From: Eledone cirrhosa
Taxonomy: Eukaryota
Assembly (NCBI GenBank): GCA_964016885.1
Contig: OZ024740.1
Span: 169,136,001 to 169,200,000, forward strand
Direction of reading: 5' to 3'
DNA: 64,000 bases
Under the pieces are notes generated by a model. That model was not told the DNA's origin, did no database searches, and saw nothing but the letters and a program-made list of their open reading frames with translations. The position numbers and the translations under genes were made by a program. This document shows, piece by piece, positions 25,651 through 38,656 of the stretch; within the stretch, counting starts at the first letter, position 1, and each line of letters begins with the position of its first letter.

Positions 25651-26284
25651 GAGAGAGAGAGAGTGAGAAAGAGAGAGAGATGGGGGTGAGAGAAGCAGAT
25701 AGAGAATGAGATAGGCCGTTATACAGAGAGAGAGGTACAATTAAAGTGTTAGGTATTCAGATAGAGATAGATAGAGAGTGAGTGAGTGAGTGAGTGAGTG
25801 AGAGAGAGAGAGAGGGGGAGGGAGAGAGAGAGAGAGAATGGTCACGAACGCTGGTTTACACACACACACACACACATATATATATTAGGTATTAAATTAA
25901 CAATGAAAATAAAAACAAGAAAGTCAAGTTATTTTACCTATTCATCGATCGTTTGGGAAGGTTGATCATATTGACATACATTGTTTGATCTATAGCAGTT
26001 ATATGTTATGTCAGGTCACTCTTGAGTGCTACTGGTAACATGTAAACCAGTACAACCTGTTGCATGGTCGGGTCGTCGGCGACTAAACTGGCAACCCCAC
26101 CAAGTTTACTTGGGAGGAGGGTGATTTTGGACACCCTGCAGGACAAAGGACAAGACCTGACAAAGAGCGGAAGAACTGATATGTCAACGGCCATCCAAAA
26201 ATGTGTAAATATGTATATATACACATATACATATCTATGTGTATGTATATACGTGTGTATATGCCTGGGGTGCCAGGGAGGGGA

Positions 26285-26870
26285 ATGTACCTCTATATGG
26301 GGGGGGGGGGGGGCTAGCCATGCCCTTTTCAGGACAGCTCGCCCTGCATTGGGTCCCACCTGACACTCAGCTCTCACCTGTGGTCCCAAGAAGCTGTAGC
26401 ATGCGACAGCAGCCACACCCTGGTAAACCGCCTTGGCTGGCGGGCCGAACCAGGTTGAGGGTAGCCGGACGGGTCTGAAACCCCCGGTGAGTTAGATAGG
26501 GGGTGCCTGCGCCTGCATGCGAAGACTGGACCCAGCGGAGTGAGTGGAGGAGGACAACATCGTCCCAACAGTAACGAAGGCGGCGACAGCAAGCGGTGTG
26601 GAGCGCTAGGGCACGGCAAGGCACTACAGACGTCGTGACCATCCACTGCAGCCAAGGAAGTCCCTGGTCGTGACGGTCCTCCGTACCACCGGATTCTCGC
26701 TTCTGCGGCCGAGTGAGTGGGACCGTCACTGTGCACTGGCCCACCCACTATAAACCTTTCCCGCACAGGTTTCTTCTTTAGCGTGCACTCCCAAAGCCAT
26801 GCCTCATGGCAGACGGGAACTAAAATAAAGACGGTAACATAAATTACGATGGACAACCAAGAAGAAGAGA
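26285..26870 (+). mobile_element. RTE (AviRTE/BovB-like) 5' UTR fragment
   Basis: GC-rich; cactcagctctcacctgtgg..agctgtagcatgcgacagcagccacacc..gagggtagcc..gggtctgaaacc..gtgagttag matches my recollection of AviRTE-type 5' UTRs. Confidence 0.6.
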
Positions 26871-27339
26871 TAGCAGTTATATAACTGTATACTATTATAC
26901 CTCATATATAGGTTCGATCACACCGTTTTCTTCGGAAATGAATCATCTAAGGAATTAACTCAGCGGAACACGGAACTTTTCTATAGATTTCACTGGATTA
27001 CTCGCCATCGGATTACATTGAATTTTATCTACGGTACAGACCCTACCACCAAGGGTAGACTACACTGAATATATATATATATCAAATTACAAAATATGAG
27101 GAATTAATAGACAAAAATATACCTATTATTTCTTCAAAGTCCCGACTGCAGTTTCGCCGATCCGTGTGCAACGATTTCTACACTATAAGATGCATCATCG
27201 CTGTGAGGTTGAAACGGCTTATCAAGAGATCCCTCAGAAAAAAGGACTGTTTCTCGATGCGTTCGTAGCAAGTGAGAAAATCTCTGGAAGCGGATGGAGA
27301 GATTGACACGTGATACAGTGGTCTAAAAAAGAACTGTTT

Positions 27340-27409
<70 letters not shown>

Positions 27410-28486
27410 ATTTACACAAACTAGACAAAATCATAGATATATATGTTTTTGACAACCATTAATTGGTTTTTTGTGTGGTTGATTATGCTGATTGGGAGAG
27501 GAAATAGTGTATATATCTTATCAAATGATTCTATGGACATAATTTATAGTATATTGCTCTGATTATTTAATTTATTAATTCAACATTGAGCCACATTGTG
27601 AATGGTTACCAAAAACATATATATCTATGACTTTGTCTAGTTTGTATATATGTAAATCTTTATATTTGATAATCTCCCATAAGGTTGAGATGCAATTTAG
27701 GCAATATTAGGCTGCGCTTTCTAGCAACCAGCCCACTCGCCGTAAGGCACATTCTTTCTGACTTGACCACTGCCACGTCACAGTTCTTAGCCATTTTGAA
27801 TTCATTTCTGGCGGGGATCATTTAAGAAAAATCTTCGTCCAAGTGAGTTTGTTTCCTGATGATTTCGAAGCTCGAGAATTTATCCTTGATCGGATATTTC
27901 CAAAAGCGAATGAAACACTAAAGGGTAGAAACGTAATCCTGGTATGTTTATATGCATTTTTTCTTCTAACTTTAATTTTATACCTAATTGTGTATGGTTG
28001 ACGATATATTAAATCGATTTCCACGTGCTGTTGAAATGGTGGGTAAATATTCTATAGCTGTTGATCGCGAATAGATGGCTGTCGTTTATTTATCTATTAT
28101 TTCTTCATAGGTGCCTTTTAATCTTAGCCTGGTTTAATTGGTTTTTTGTGTGGTTGATTATGTTGATTGGGAGAGGAAATAGTGTATATATCTTATCAAA
28201 TGATTCTATGGACATAATTTATAGTATATATATATATATATATATATATACAAGTGCAAGCTTAGTAAAATCGAAGCTTTGGTTGTGGCCAAGCAATGTC
28301 GACCTACAATAAGGAATCAGTAGCAAAGCACTCAATAAGGGAGGTCCTTAGAGTAATAACATACGTTTAAATAGCTTGACAAATTGAAAATTGCGGTAGG
28401 CAAAACCCAATCATACAATACCAAAACAACGAAGGAACTAATCAGGTTAAAACAGACCTTAGAGAGAGAGAGAGAGGGAGAGAGGG

Positions 28487-28525
<39 letters not shown>

Positions 28526-28526
28526 C

Positions 28527-28564
<38 letters not shown>

Positions 28565-28846
28565 TGAGGGGGATTGGGAGGAGAAAAATGATACCTGCGT
28601 TCGATAACTTTAACTTTTATTTATTTATTTATTTATTCTTTACACAATGTTTAACTGACATCCCTTCAACGTTACATCTCTTTCTCTTTCTCTTTCACAC
28701 AAGTCGTACTGGGACTGTATGTGTATACGTGCGCGTGTGTGTGCGTGTCGGCGTTCTTAAATTAGAGTCATGTGTGTGTGTATGTGGACTTAAGTTAGAG
28801 ATATGTTTGATTGTCAAATATATATGGTTACAAACACACACACACA

Positions 28847-28967
<121 letters not shown>

Positions 28968-29029
28968 AGACGTTCTGCCACTTTACCTCTCACTAACGTT
29001 AACGATATATATATATTACAAACAAACTT

Positions 29030-29666
29030 TGCCATGTAATAGATGCAGTGACAAGCACATGTTTCAAATGGAGGCAGGATTTATAGAGGTGGTTGATAGC
29101 TTCCAATATCTAGGTGATCAAATTAGAAAGGGAGGAGGATGCTCCGAGGCCATAGTATCTAGACTAAGGGCAGGATGGAAGAAGTTTAGGGAGCTGCTTC
29201 CTCTGTTGACAACGAAAGCTCGGTTGTATGAAGCCTGTGTGCGATGCGCAATACTGCATGGTAGTGAGACACGGGCTGCAACTGCGGAGGGTATGCAAAG
29301 TCTGGAGAGAAATGAAGCAAGGATGCTCCGATGGATGTGCAATGTCAATGTGTGTGAACGACCAAGCATGGACGAGTTGAGAGTGAAACTGTGTATAAAA
29401 GGAATAAACTAGTGTGCAGGGGAGAAGAGAGCGTTGGTATGGCCGTGTGATGCGCATAGATGATGACCGCTGGATGAAGAAGTGCTAAATAATCCCAGTG
29501 GAAGGAAAACGCTGTAGAGGACCACGAAAAACATGGGTGGAGGTGGTGAGAACTGACCTCAGATCGCTGAAGCTCACAGAGGAGACGACAAAGGACAGTG
29601 AGAAATGGAACGATGCTGTGCAAGCAGGGAAAAGCGAACGTAAAATGATGATGATGATGATGATGA
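29030..29666 (+). mobile_element. RTE-clade LINE 3' fragment with (GAT)n tail
   Basis: EVVDSFQYLGDQI..GGCSEAIVSRLRAGWKKFRELLPLL..LYEACVR.AILHGSET..LERNEARMLRWMC; GPRKTW; tail gaacgtaaaatgatgatg. Confidence 0.88.
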
Positions 29667-31305
29667 AACCCTGGGAAATACGATGTATTTGTTTTGAAAG
29701 TTTTGGATTTGATATCCAGCAACGCTATCCAACAGTGATCAGCCTTGCAGTCCATCTAGAAAATGGACAGAGAGTGTATTTCACTGAGACCACTGCTCAT
29801 CAGTTGGCACAAGCACCACCTGACTCTACTCTAACTGCTTTTTAATCCCTCCTATATGCTAACATCCCAACATACTACACCTGGTCCAATTGCAAGACCT
29901 GGAATTGAAGGAAGCAGGGTCATTTAGTGGAAGGTTATGAATTCAAGGTAAGTGACGCTATTGGGCATGTTTACAATGCCCACCCCATCAACAGAGATTG
30001 TTTTTATTTACGGGTACTTCTGCATATTGTTCAAGGACCAACGTCATTTGAGGACCTCAGGTGCTTTGGAGGAAGAGTGTGCGCAACATACCAAGAACCA
30101 TCTAAAGAGCATGGACTCCTACATGACAATGGACATTGGAAGAAGAGCCTAAGGGAAGCAGCAGTCACTCAAGTAACCAATCAAATAAGCCAGTTGCTTG
30201 CTACAATATTCACAGCATGTGGAATTGATAAAGCTCATCTACTCTGGCAGGAATACAAAAACAATATGTCGGACGACTATCTACACCTTGCCCAAAGACT
30301 TCATGACAATATGTATATGGAATATACCTCCAGGATTTATAATCAAGCTCTCTGCGGCCTGTCCCATCGAGTTCAGGCAATGAATAGCATTGCGGGATGC
30401 CAGATCCAGATGAAGAAATGAAGGTAACACAATAAGGTTTTCAAGAGACAAATTACGATATTCAAGCATTGCGTAAGTTTGTGAATAAAAATGAACCTTG
30501 ATTGGTGGATGACCAGAAATACACCTACCACAACATCATGAAAAACAATCAAAATGACAGGGGAGGACTTTTCTTCATCGATGCTCCTGCTGGCACAGGT
30601 AAGACATTACTCATAGACCTGCTTGCAAAAGTTCACCAAAAGCAACATATTTCCCTTGCTGTGGCTTCAGGTGGCATTGCAGCAACACTTCTTGATGGAA
30701 GAAGAACTGCACACTCCATGTTTAAGCTGCCCATAGATCTCACACGACCTGACGAATCTTTTTGCAACACCAAGAAGAACTCCCCCAAGGGTAAGTTTCT
30801 GCAAACATGCAAGATGATAATTTGGGACGAAGCTACCATGAGCCATAAATGAGCAATTGAAGCTTTGGACAGGATCTGAGAGAAAATACTTTCATAATGT
30901 GACAATGGTTCTCGGTTTCAGAGGAACTCAGCCTGTAGTTCCCCGTGCGACCAAATCTGATCAGATCAATGCCTATCTGAAAACCTCCAGTTTCTGGCCC
31001 CACTTTCAGTGGCTGAGCCTTACAACCATTGTGCAAGTGCACTTGAATGGTGATGAAGGTGTCAATGAGTTTGTCATCCAACTACTTAAATTGGGAAATG
31101 GACTACTTGAAAAGGACCAGATTCAGTTGTCATTTGGCCATATCATTGAAACAGAACAAGAACTGATTGTCAGACATTCAGATGAGACAATGTGATCCCA
31201 AATGTCTCTAGGGACGATCAATCTTAGCACCGAAAAATGTTGTGAAAGAAATGAACAGAAGGCTGCTGGACATGTTACCAGGAGCGAGAAGATGCTACAA
31301 ATCAG
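29665..31305 (+). pseudogene. Helitron Rep/Hel fragment (PIF1-like helicase), disrupted
   Basis: YPTVISLAVHLENGQRVYF, FYLRVLLHIVQGPTSFEDLR, FFIDAPAGTGKT (Walker A), AVASGGIAATLLDG.RTAHSMFKLP, IIWDEATM (Walker B); stops and frameshifts. Confidence 0.92.
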
Positions 31306-31364
31306 TTGAGAGAGAGAGAGAGAGAAGGAGACAGCCACAGCGGAGGAGGCAGAGAAAGAGCGAA

Positions 31365-31408
<44 letters not shown>

Positions 31409-31419
31409 GCGTCCCACAA

Positions 31420-32971
31420 AAGTCTAGAATCGTTTTAAACTATAGATCAAAGTATCAGTTGAATGTTTAACAATATTGCGTTAGCTTTTATAAAGTCGTT
31501 TTACGCCAGTCTTTGATTTTACAGAACAGAAAAACTGATACTATTTGAAATTAATCTACGGTGTATATTAATTTAGCCTTTTGAGGATAGTGACATGTTA
31601 TTATTGACCTAATTCAGATGACAGAGTGTCAATCTATTCTCTATGGCTACTATTTGCATTTATTTCTATTTTTTAAATATTGCTTTGTATTGTTTTTCAC
31701 GATATTTTCCAAGAAAATTAACTTCATCATTTCACCAAAACACCGCTCATCTCTCGGGGAAGTCAAAATGTCCGTCAAACGGTTGATATCTTCGAGCGAA
31801 AGAGAAACTCACGAACAATATAAAAAAAGACTTGGGAATAAAGGGACAAGTCAACATTGTGACATTCAGCAGAATATGAGACGGGAAACAGAAAAGTTAA
31901 GACAACAAGGAAGACGATCGCAACTTTCTGAAAGTGAACAGAACCTGAGACAGGAAACAGAAAGATTGAAGCAAGAAGAAAGACTATCGCAACAAACAGA
32001 GGTTCAATATGAAAATCACCAAGAGGCAATGAGAGTTGCGATGTAAACTTGACAACTACAAAGGACTCTTCAAGGCATAATAAACTGGGTAAGAGTTGCG
32101 TTTTCATATGATCCATTGAAGAATTACAAACTCAGAGCTTGAAATACACTTTATTCACAGTTGTATTAAAAGAAATATAATAATACAATGCTTACAGAAC
32201 GAAAGCACAAACAAATATAATATAAAGGAAAGGGAAATGGAAAACAACCCCTCCCCCCCCCCCCCCCCCCCCAAAAAAAAAAGGAAAGAGGAAAAGAAAG
32301 AGAAAAGAAAAACAAACAAACAAACACGGAAGCGGTTAGCACACACATCTGGGACCACGTACAACAAAAGGCAGGCGAAAGGGGTTGACAAACGAACCAC
32401 CAGAGTAAAAGATAACATTATCGTGAGGAGCACTGGGAAACCTCTCTAATAATTTATGAGGCAAGCCAGCACGCCCGCGGTGTTACCTCGGGTGATAATG
32501 AGGCTGATGCGCTGGAACAACAAAGCGCCCCAAAGAGCTTCACCACTTACCTCTGTTAGGCGAGCCGTCAGTAAAGATAGGAATCAAGCAGTCAGTAGCC
32601 CGGCTACCCCAAACGCCTCGAACACCATAGTCGTGATTGGTAGCATGGATATTACACTTGGCATGTGTTGGTTAGCAGGAAAGGTTAGACTTCCAGGAAA
32701 GGACCCTCCAGCTTTTCTCCATATACTGCTTAAAGACCATACTAACGAAGCTAAACAACTCAGAAGCAATGTTATGCGGTATATTTCTGCGTTTCCGATG
32801 ACGTTCTTTAGAGCTGAAAAAGATCATGGTTATTTCACATTTAAAATCCAAGGCCAATGCTACCATTTAATCGGCAGTTTACTCCCCCAGCCTAATAAGG
32901 AAGTTTTATGATTGTTTTATTTTATGTCTCTTTTATTTTATGTTTCTCTTTATTTTATGGTACCTCAGCTA

Positions 32972-32972
<1 letters not shown>
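31420..32972 (+). mobile_element. Helitron derivative with Rep/Hel N-terminal coding remnants and CTAG end
   Basis: R/E/Q-rich MSVKRL..RETHEQYKKRL region; GKVRLP..PP..LL..SAF.MT..FKIQGQCYHLIGSLLP; ends gtacctcagCTAG|T like the 24721-25563 copy. Confidence 0.78.
32165..32645 (-). mobile_element. 3' fragment of a CRE-like (RLE-type) non-LTR retrotransposon inserted in the Helitron
   Basis: Minus-strand MVFEAFGVAG...FLSLLTARLTEVSG and, in another frame, LFQRISLIITRGNTAGVLACL; this is the typical C-terminal tail of CRE-clade ORFs. Confidence 0.7.
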
Positions 32973-33024
<52 letters not shown>

Positions 33025-33232
33025 TATGTATACGTACATACATATATGTATACAGACGTACAGTAGTATGTATATATATATATACATACATGCACACATA
33101 TATATATATGTACGTATGGATTCACCGAACATTTATTATAATGCTCGGTGTGTTTGTAAACAAACATCCCGAATTAAGCCGTACAGTGTTTAGCAACCAT
33201 CGTTGCCCTTTTGTTCAACACTGACAAAGGAA

Positions 33233-33273
33233 CGCTGTACTAGTTTCAAGCTTGTTAGCTATCGTCAGCAACG
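33233..33273 (-). ncRNA. Minimal type I hammerhead ribozyme
   Basis: Minus strand cgttg CTGACGA t agct aaca agct t GAAAC ta GTA cagcg: intact core, 5-bp stem I, palindromic stem III (actagt). Confidence 0.72.
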
Positions 33274-33602
33274 TATACCTTCCTGCCAGATGATTGAACG
33301 TCTGAAAGTATATACTTTCCTTATGCATATTAACGGCTGAGCAGCCCAATTTGCATATCGAGTGAGTTAATCGGCCGGGGTACCGAAAAGGATAAACGGA
33401 AAAATGAAAACACACCGAGCATTATAATAAATGTTCGGTAAACCCATACGTACATATATATATATATGTGTGTATGCATATATATATATATATATACATA
33501 CTACTGTACGCCTGTATACATATATGTATGTACGTATACATACTTATATTTAAGTAACAGCCGTACTAAGAGTGAGAAATGAAATTTCGTTTCATTTTTT
33601 CC

Positions 33603-33698
<96 letters not shown>

Positions 33699-34007
33699 CA
33701 GTCATTAATGACGCCGCGGGGGCAAGCCTACTTCGCCAACCTCTGCATACCTTACGTCAATAATTTTTCCCTAACAGCAGCAAAGGCTAATAAAAAAATG
33801 AGTATATAATATTGCTTTATTTTCATGAGCTAAAAACGCTCTAAACCCAATTTCGTAAGCTACAAATACTCGAAACATACTTTCACTCACAAGGCGTGGG
33901 TCGACTAGAAGCAATAGTAAATGACACTTGTCCAAGATACCACGTAGTGAGGTTGAATCCGGGGCCTTGTGATTGCAAAGTGATTCTTAACCATTCAACC
34001 ATGCTGT

Positions 34008-34113
<106 letters not shown>

Positions 34114-34115
34114 CT

Positions 34116-37100
34116 GGGATGGACACACGCGTGAAACTTGCTGAGTAAGTTCTGCTTAAATTTCTATAGAAATTCTTGACTGTAAACTTTCATTTTGTAT
34201 CATTTTGTAGAGGGACTGCCAGGTCAAATTTTGATCTGGTCAGTATCTCAAAATATTTTACGCCTTTAGGCGAAATAGTTAACAAAAAATTTTTTTTTGA
34301 AAACCTAACATTTTTTAAAAATGGCTGAAGCTTCTTCACCAAAATTCGAAGGTGGAAAGGGGAAGATATGCTTACAGCAGATATCAAAGACAAAGGTCAG
34401 CCAGAGGAAGGATTTTCTCCACCTGCTGACCGACAACTTGACGTTGCCATGGCAACAAACCAAACAACCAGCGGCACCAGCAACAACAACAACAACAATG
34501 CTACGGACGAAAACAACACCAACAACAATAACAATAACAACAACAACAAGACCAATAACTGTGATAACAACAACAATGATAACAACAACACCACCAACTA
34601 CAACATCAACACAAACAAGGAAAAGGTCTCCTTCGCCCAGACGGCAAGGAAAACCCTCGACTATCTGCCAGTAGATATAACCAAAGCGAAGGAGCTACTG
34701 GCAGATGCCAAAAAATACATAATGTACGGGGAAAATGGATCATTTTCGACCCCCCCCCCCGGAACTAAAAAGCCAGAGACTCCTAAACACTGTCATGTTT
34801 AGGACAGTCTCAAACAAAAGCAAAAAACCAGCTCAACCATCACAGAGTGAGATAGAGCTGGTTTTAAAAGATGTCATGAAAGACATCATATTCATTCAGA
34901 AGGATAGACTCTATGGGAGTCTATCCATTCTCATGAAGGACAGGGACACGGCAGCGAAACTGTCAATAAAACCAATCACATCCACCGCATACACCTTCTA
35001 CCCTACGTACATGGGTAGAAAGACACACAAAATAAAAATTCACACCATCCTGCCGATTATGGACATATGGTGGGTTTTGACAGGTTTCCTGAACCTAGAC
35101 GATGACACACTTTCCATGGGAAAGGCATCGGGTGACGCGTTCAGTGGAACGAGCCTCGAACTTGGAGTTCAAATGAGGCCCGAAAGGATCGCCCAGATCC
35201 CTGAACGCGTCATACTGGATGATCAAACTTTTATCAACATTACCGTTGAGGGTAGGCTGCCCTCGTGTTACCTCTGTGGAGCCAGAAGTCACCTGAGAGC
35301 TGTCTGTCCTCAACTTAATAAGAAAACCCCAATCCTGCCTACACCACCAACAACTGCACAACCAACACAATCACCACAACCACCACTACAAAAACAACAA
35401 CCACAGCTCAAACCAAAACAAAACAATGTCCAACCCATCCCCCCCCCCCCACTAAAAAAAAAACAATTTCCAAAACACCCGCACCGCAAACACAACCCGA
35501 AAATCTACCCCCTCCCCACCAACGCGGAAGATGACCCTCGTTCGTCGTCAGACGAGGAGGAGCACTTCCACACAATCAAAAGAAAAAAAAGAAAACACAC
35601 CTCAGACACACAAATGAAAACAACCCCTCCCCAAAACATAACACTGACACCAACACAAAAGAGCACACAACAACAGCAAACAAAAAACACCACACAAAAA
35701 CAAAAACATGCATACACATACATAAACACAAGAAAAAAAAACTGTTAAACATTGTGTACAACAACAATTTAGTAAAAACCCAAGGGCCTAACTTCACCCA
35801 GGCAGGAGATTTCCCCCACCTCAAAATGATTAAGGCCCCAGAGGACACATATAAAACACTAAAAAACAACTTTAAAGAGGATGTAGCCCCCCCTCCCCGC
35901 GCACTCTTCCAATTCCTTTGGCGGGCTCCTATGGTGAGGAGATCCATCTTCTGTCAACACCCTTCGAAAGGAGGGCTGGGGATGCCGTGGCTGATGATGC
36001 GTAAACACGCATTAAGGCTACGGCACCTCCAGATATTCCTCACCGGTCAACCGGTGTGGGCCCCGTTTGTGAGGCGAGCCTTTCCCAGACTCGTCTCACT
36101 CACCGAGCTGCAATCCTGCGTCAAGCAAAGACCGAGAAAACTGGGCGCCTGGCACACCGAGTGTGCCCAGGCGCTCACGGCTCTCCGGCAGGCGGACCCG
36201 GCTGTCAGTGGAGAATCCACCTCGTCATTCTATAGAGGGCTGGTGGTTAGCAGGTGCGACGACGCCCTCGGAGAAGCCCTAGGCATGGAGGAAGACGAAC
36301 TGGACAACCTGTTCGGTAGGACATTCAGCCCGAGACCCATGGATAACTTCCAGAGGTCCCTGGCCTGGCAGTGCTACCGAGGGGCTCTGCCCGTTCAAGA
36401 AAGGCTCTACAGACACGGGCGCCCGGGTAGGGACCCCTCGAAAAAGATCTGTCCCAGATGCGTGTGCGACGAGGAAACCGTTGCACACGCTTTGGTACAC
36501 TTCTCGGGCATTGCCGATCTGTGGGGCTATGTCGAACAACTGCTGTCAAGGGTGGGACCGATCCGGTTGACCACCGAGTCTATTGTAACGATCAAGCCGC
36601 TTCCCCTCTTCAAAAACGAAGGAGAGGAGGTGTTTCTGTGCGTAATAGCCATGGCGAAAGAGGTTGTATGGTAGACGCGTCTGAAAGGACTGAGGTCAGA
36701 CACCTTTCTCTCTGGCCAACAACTGATCCGTTTCTTCCGATATCATTTCGGAAGAAGGATCAGGATGGAGAGAGAGGTACTGCACCCCAGCCGTTTTTAT
36801 GAAAGATGGGTGAAAGTGGCGAGAATGGCCCGTGTGAATGGGCCTTCACTCTACATCAGACTATAGGTAAGGAAGATGAAAGACCAAGGGAGCACCCCTC
36901 TCTGTGCTCCTGAGGAGAAGGGTTGCACACTTTTTTTTCGGGGGTGTGTGCGACCCCCCAAGGCGGATTTTGTTACAAAATTTATTTTGTTATATTTTAT
37001 TTTATTTTTATACTTTTATATCTTGTTATTGCCTCCTCCATATTGAGGACGCCTTTGCATGTAAACTCCCCCCTTTGTACTTGTCCCACTTTTGATGCCC

Positions 37101-37122
37101 TGGTGGCAAATAAAAAGAAAGT
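34116..37122 (+). mobile_element. Tx1/L1-like retrotransposon with 5' UTR, ORF1 (CCHC knuckle) and internally deleted ORF2
   Basis: ORF1 split by a frameshift near poly-C ~34750 (34368-34802 + 34735-35748), with EGRLPSCYLCGARSHLRAVCP. From ~35895 the ORF2 C-terminus (LFQFLW..GGLGMP..zf-RVT); no APE or RT motifs between. (TATC)n at both ends. Confidence 0.9.
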
Positions 37123-37132
37123 TATCTATCTA

Positions 37133-37441
37133 TCTATATTACTAAAAATCTGTGATTGGTTGCTTGTCTGTAATGTAATACAGCCAAAAGGACGCATAAT
37201 GGGAAAATATTTTGAAAGGAAGTTGACCCTGAAATGGGAATACACATGGAATAAAACAAGTTTCGCGTAAGTCGGACCACGGGCTCTCGAGATATGGGGT
37301 TTTTCCGGGTACCTTCATAAACAAAGAGAGAGAAAGATAGAGAGGAAGAGATAGTGGTTGTGACAGAGTAGATTGATAGAGAGACATAGAGAGAGGGAGA
37401 GGAGACAGAGAAGGAGAATGGAAGAGAACTCGTGGTGCTGT

Positions 37442-37515
<74 letters not shown>

Positions 37516-37731
37516 TCTATGACCAGTGCATATGAATCACAGACACCCACATATATATACACACACATACATATATATATATGTATATATACACACACAC
37601 ACACATACATATACATACACACACGTATATATATATGGACCTTCCAGTTTCATTTCACATTATATACATGTCTGTATATATTTTAATTATTTAAAAATTA
37701 TTTTTAAGTGAACATGTCACGGGTGGTCTAG
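37133..37731 (+). mobile_element. Non-autonomous Helitron, family A copy 2
   Basis: Same head (gtaatacagccaaaagg.cgcataatggg) and tail (aagtgaacatg..cgggtggtctagtattt) as 17786-18592. Confidence 0.7.
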
Positions 37732-38596
37732 TATTTACTATATCCCTGGACTCTGTCAATGTTTCTAAATCGATTAACTTGTGTCATGCTAGCCGTGTGG
37801 TAGTTGGGCATTTGTGAATTTAGAACAACTTAACGTCTTGATCTAATGACTTTGGGAAATGATCGATCTCTTTGATTTCATGTTTGTCCTTTCTATTACG
37901 ATATTAGGCCTTCTGTGGAAACGCTCATGAAAAGTTGGACTTCACTCTGGCCGAGTGACTGCTAGCATTACAAGTAGATGTATTTTATGATATTCCAATT
38001 GACATAATACTAAGAAATAAATATGTAGAAAAGTCAGTATGCCATAATAAATACCTATCTATTTCCATTTTGAATTCTATTTACATCGAGACCAACTTCA
38101 CTCTTCATCTCATTAACTTTTTAATTTCAAAGCTATCTATTTGGAAATCTTATACATACCATAGAAATTAATACTTATGTCGTTGTTTTCGAGAAAACTT
38201 TCAAATTGAAGCGCAGATTATAGAATATGTATCTACTGCATCAACATTTACCGATGTCTGCAGCTATAGAGTGAAATTTATTATCGTCTCTAAATAGATG
38301 TCAAAGTTTTGTACCAGTAGTATTATTAAAAGTCCGAATTAATGCAGGGCGATATTTAAAGGGTAGTAGCATGTGTTTTAGATCTCACTGACAACTGCAA
38401 TTGACAAATTTGGGTTAAGAAATGTATTATAAAGGAAAAAAAAGTAAAGGCGTCTCTCAAATAAATCAATTGTGAAATCAATGGAATGTTTCGTCATGAG
38501 TTGTTTCTGTTTAGTTTGTAGGTATTATAAAAACAATGGTAACAGCTGCACTGGAAGTTAAGTAAAGAAAGTTGGTGACGTATTTCTTCATTCAAA

Positions 38597-38656
38597 ATGG
38601 ACGAACATAACCAAATCCTTTTCTTGCCGTTACTTTTTTCAATAATTTTTCCATTG
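38597..38656 (+). CDS. SEL1L3: SEL1L3-like gene, first coding exon (signal peptide)
   Basis: ATG in aaaATGG context; MDEHNQILFLPLLFSIIFPL is hydrophobic and ends at TTG|gtgagt in phase 0, joining the next exon (VMG-IDPEE) like a signal peptide and cleavage site. Confidence 0.7.
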
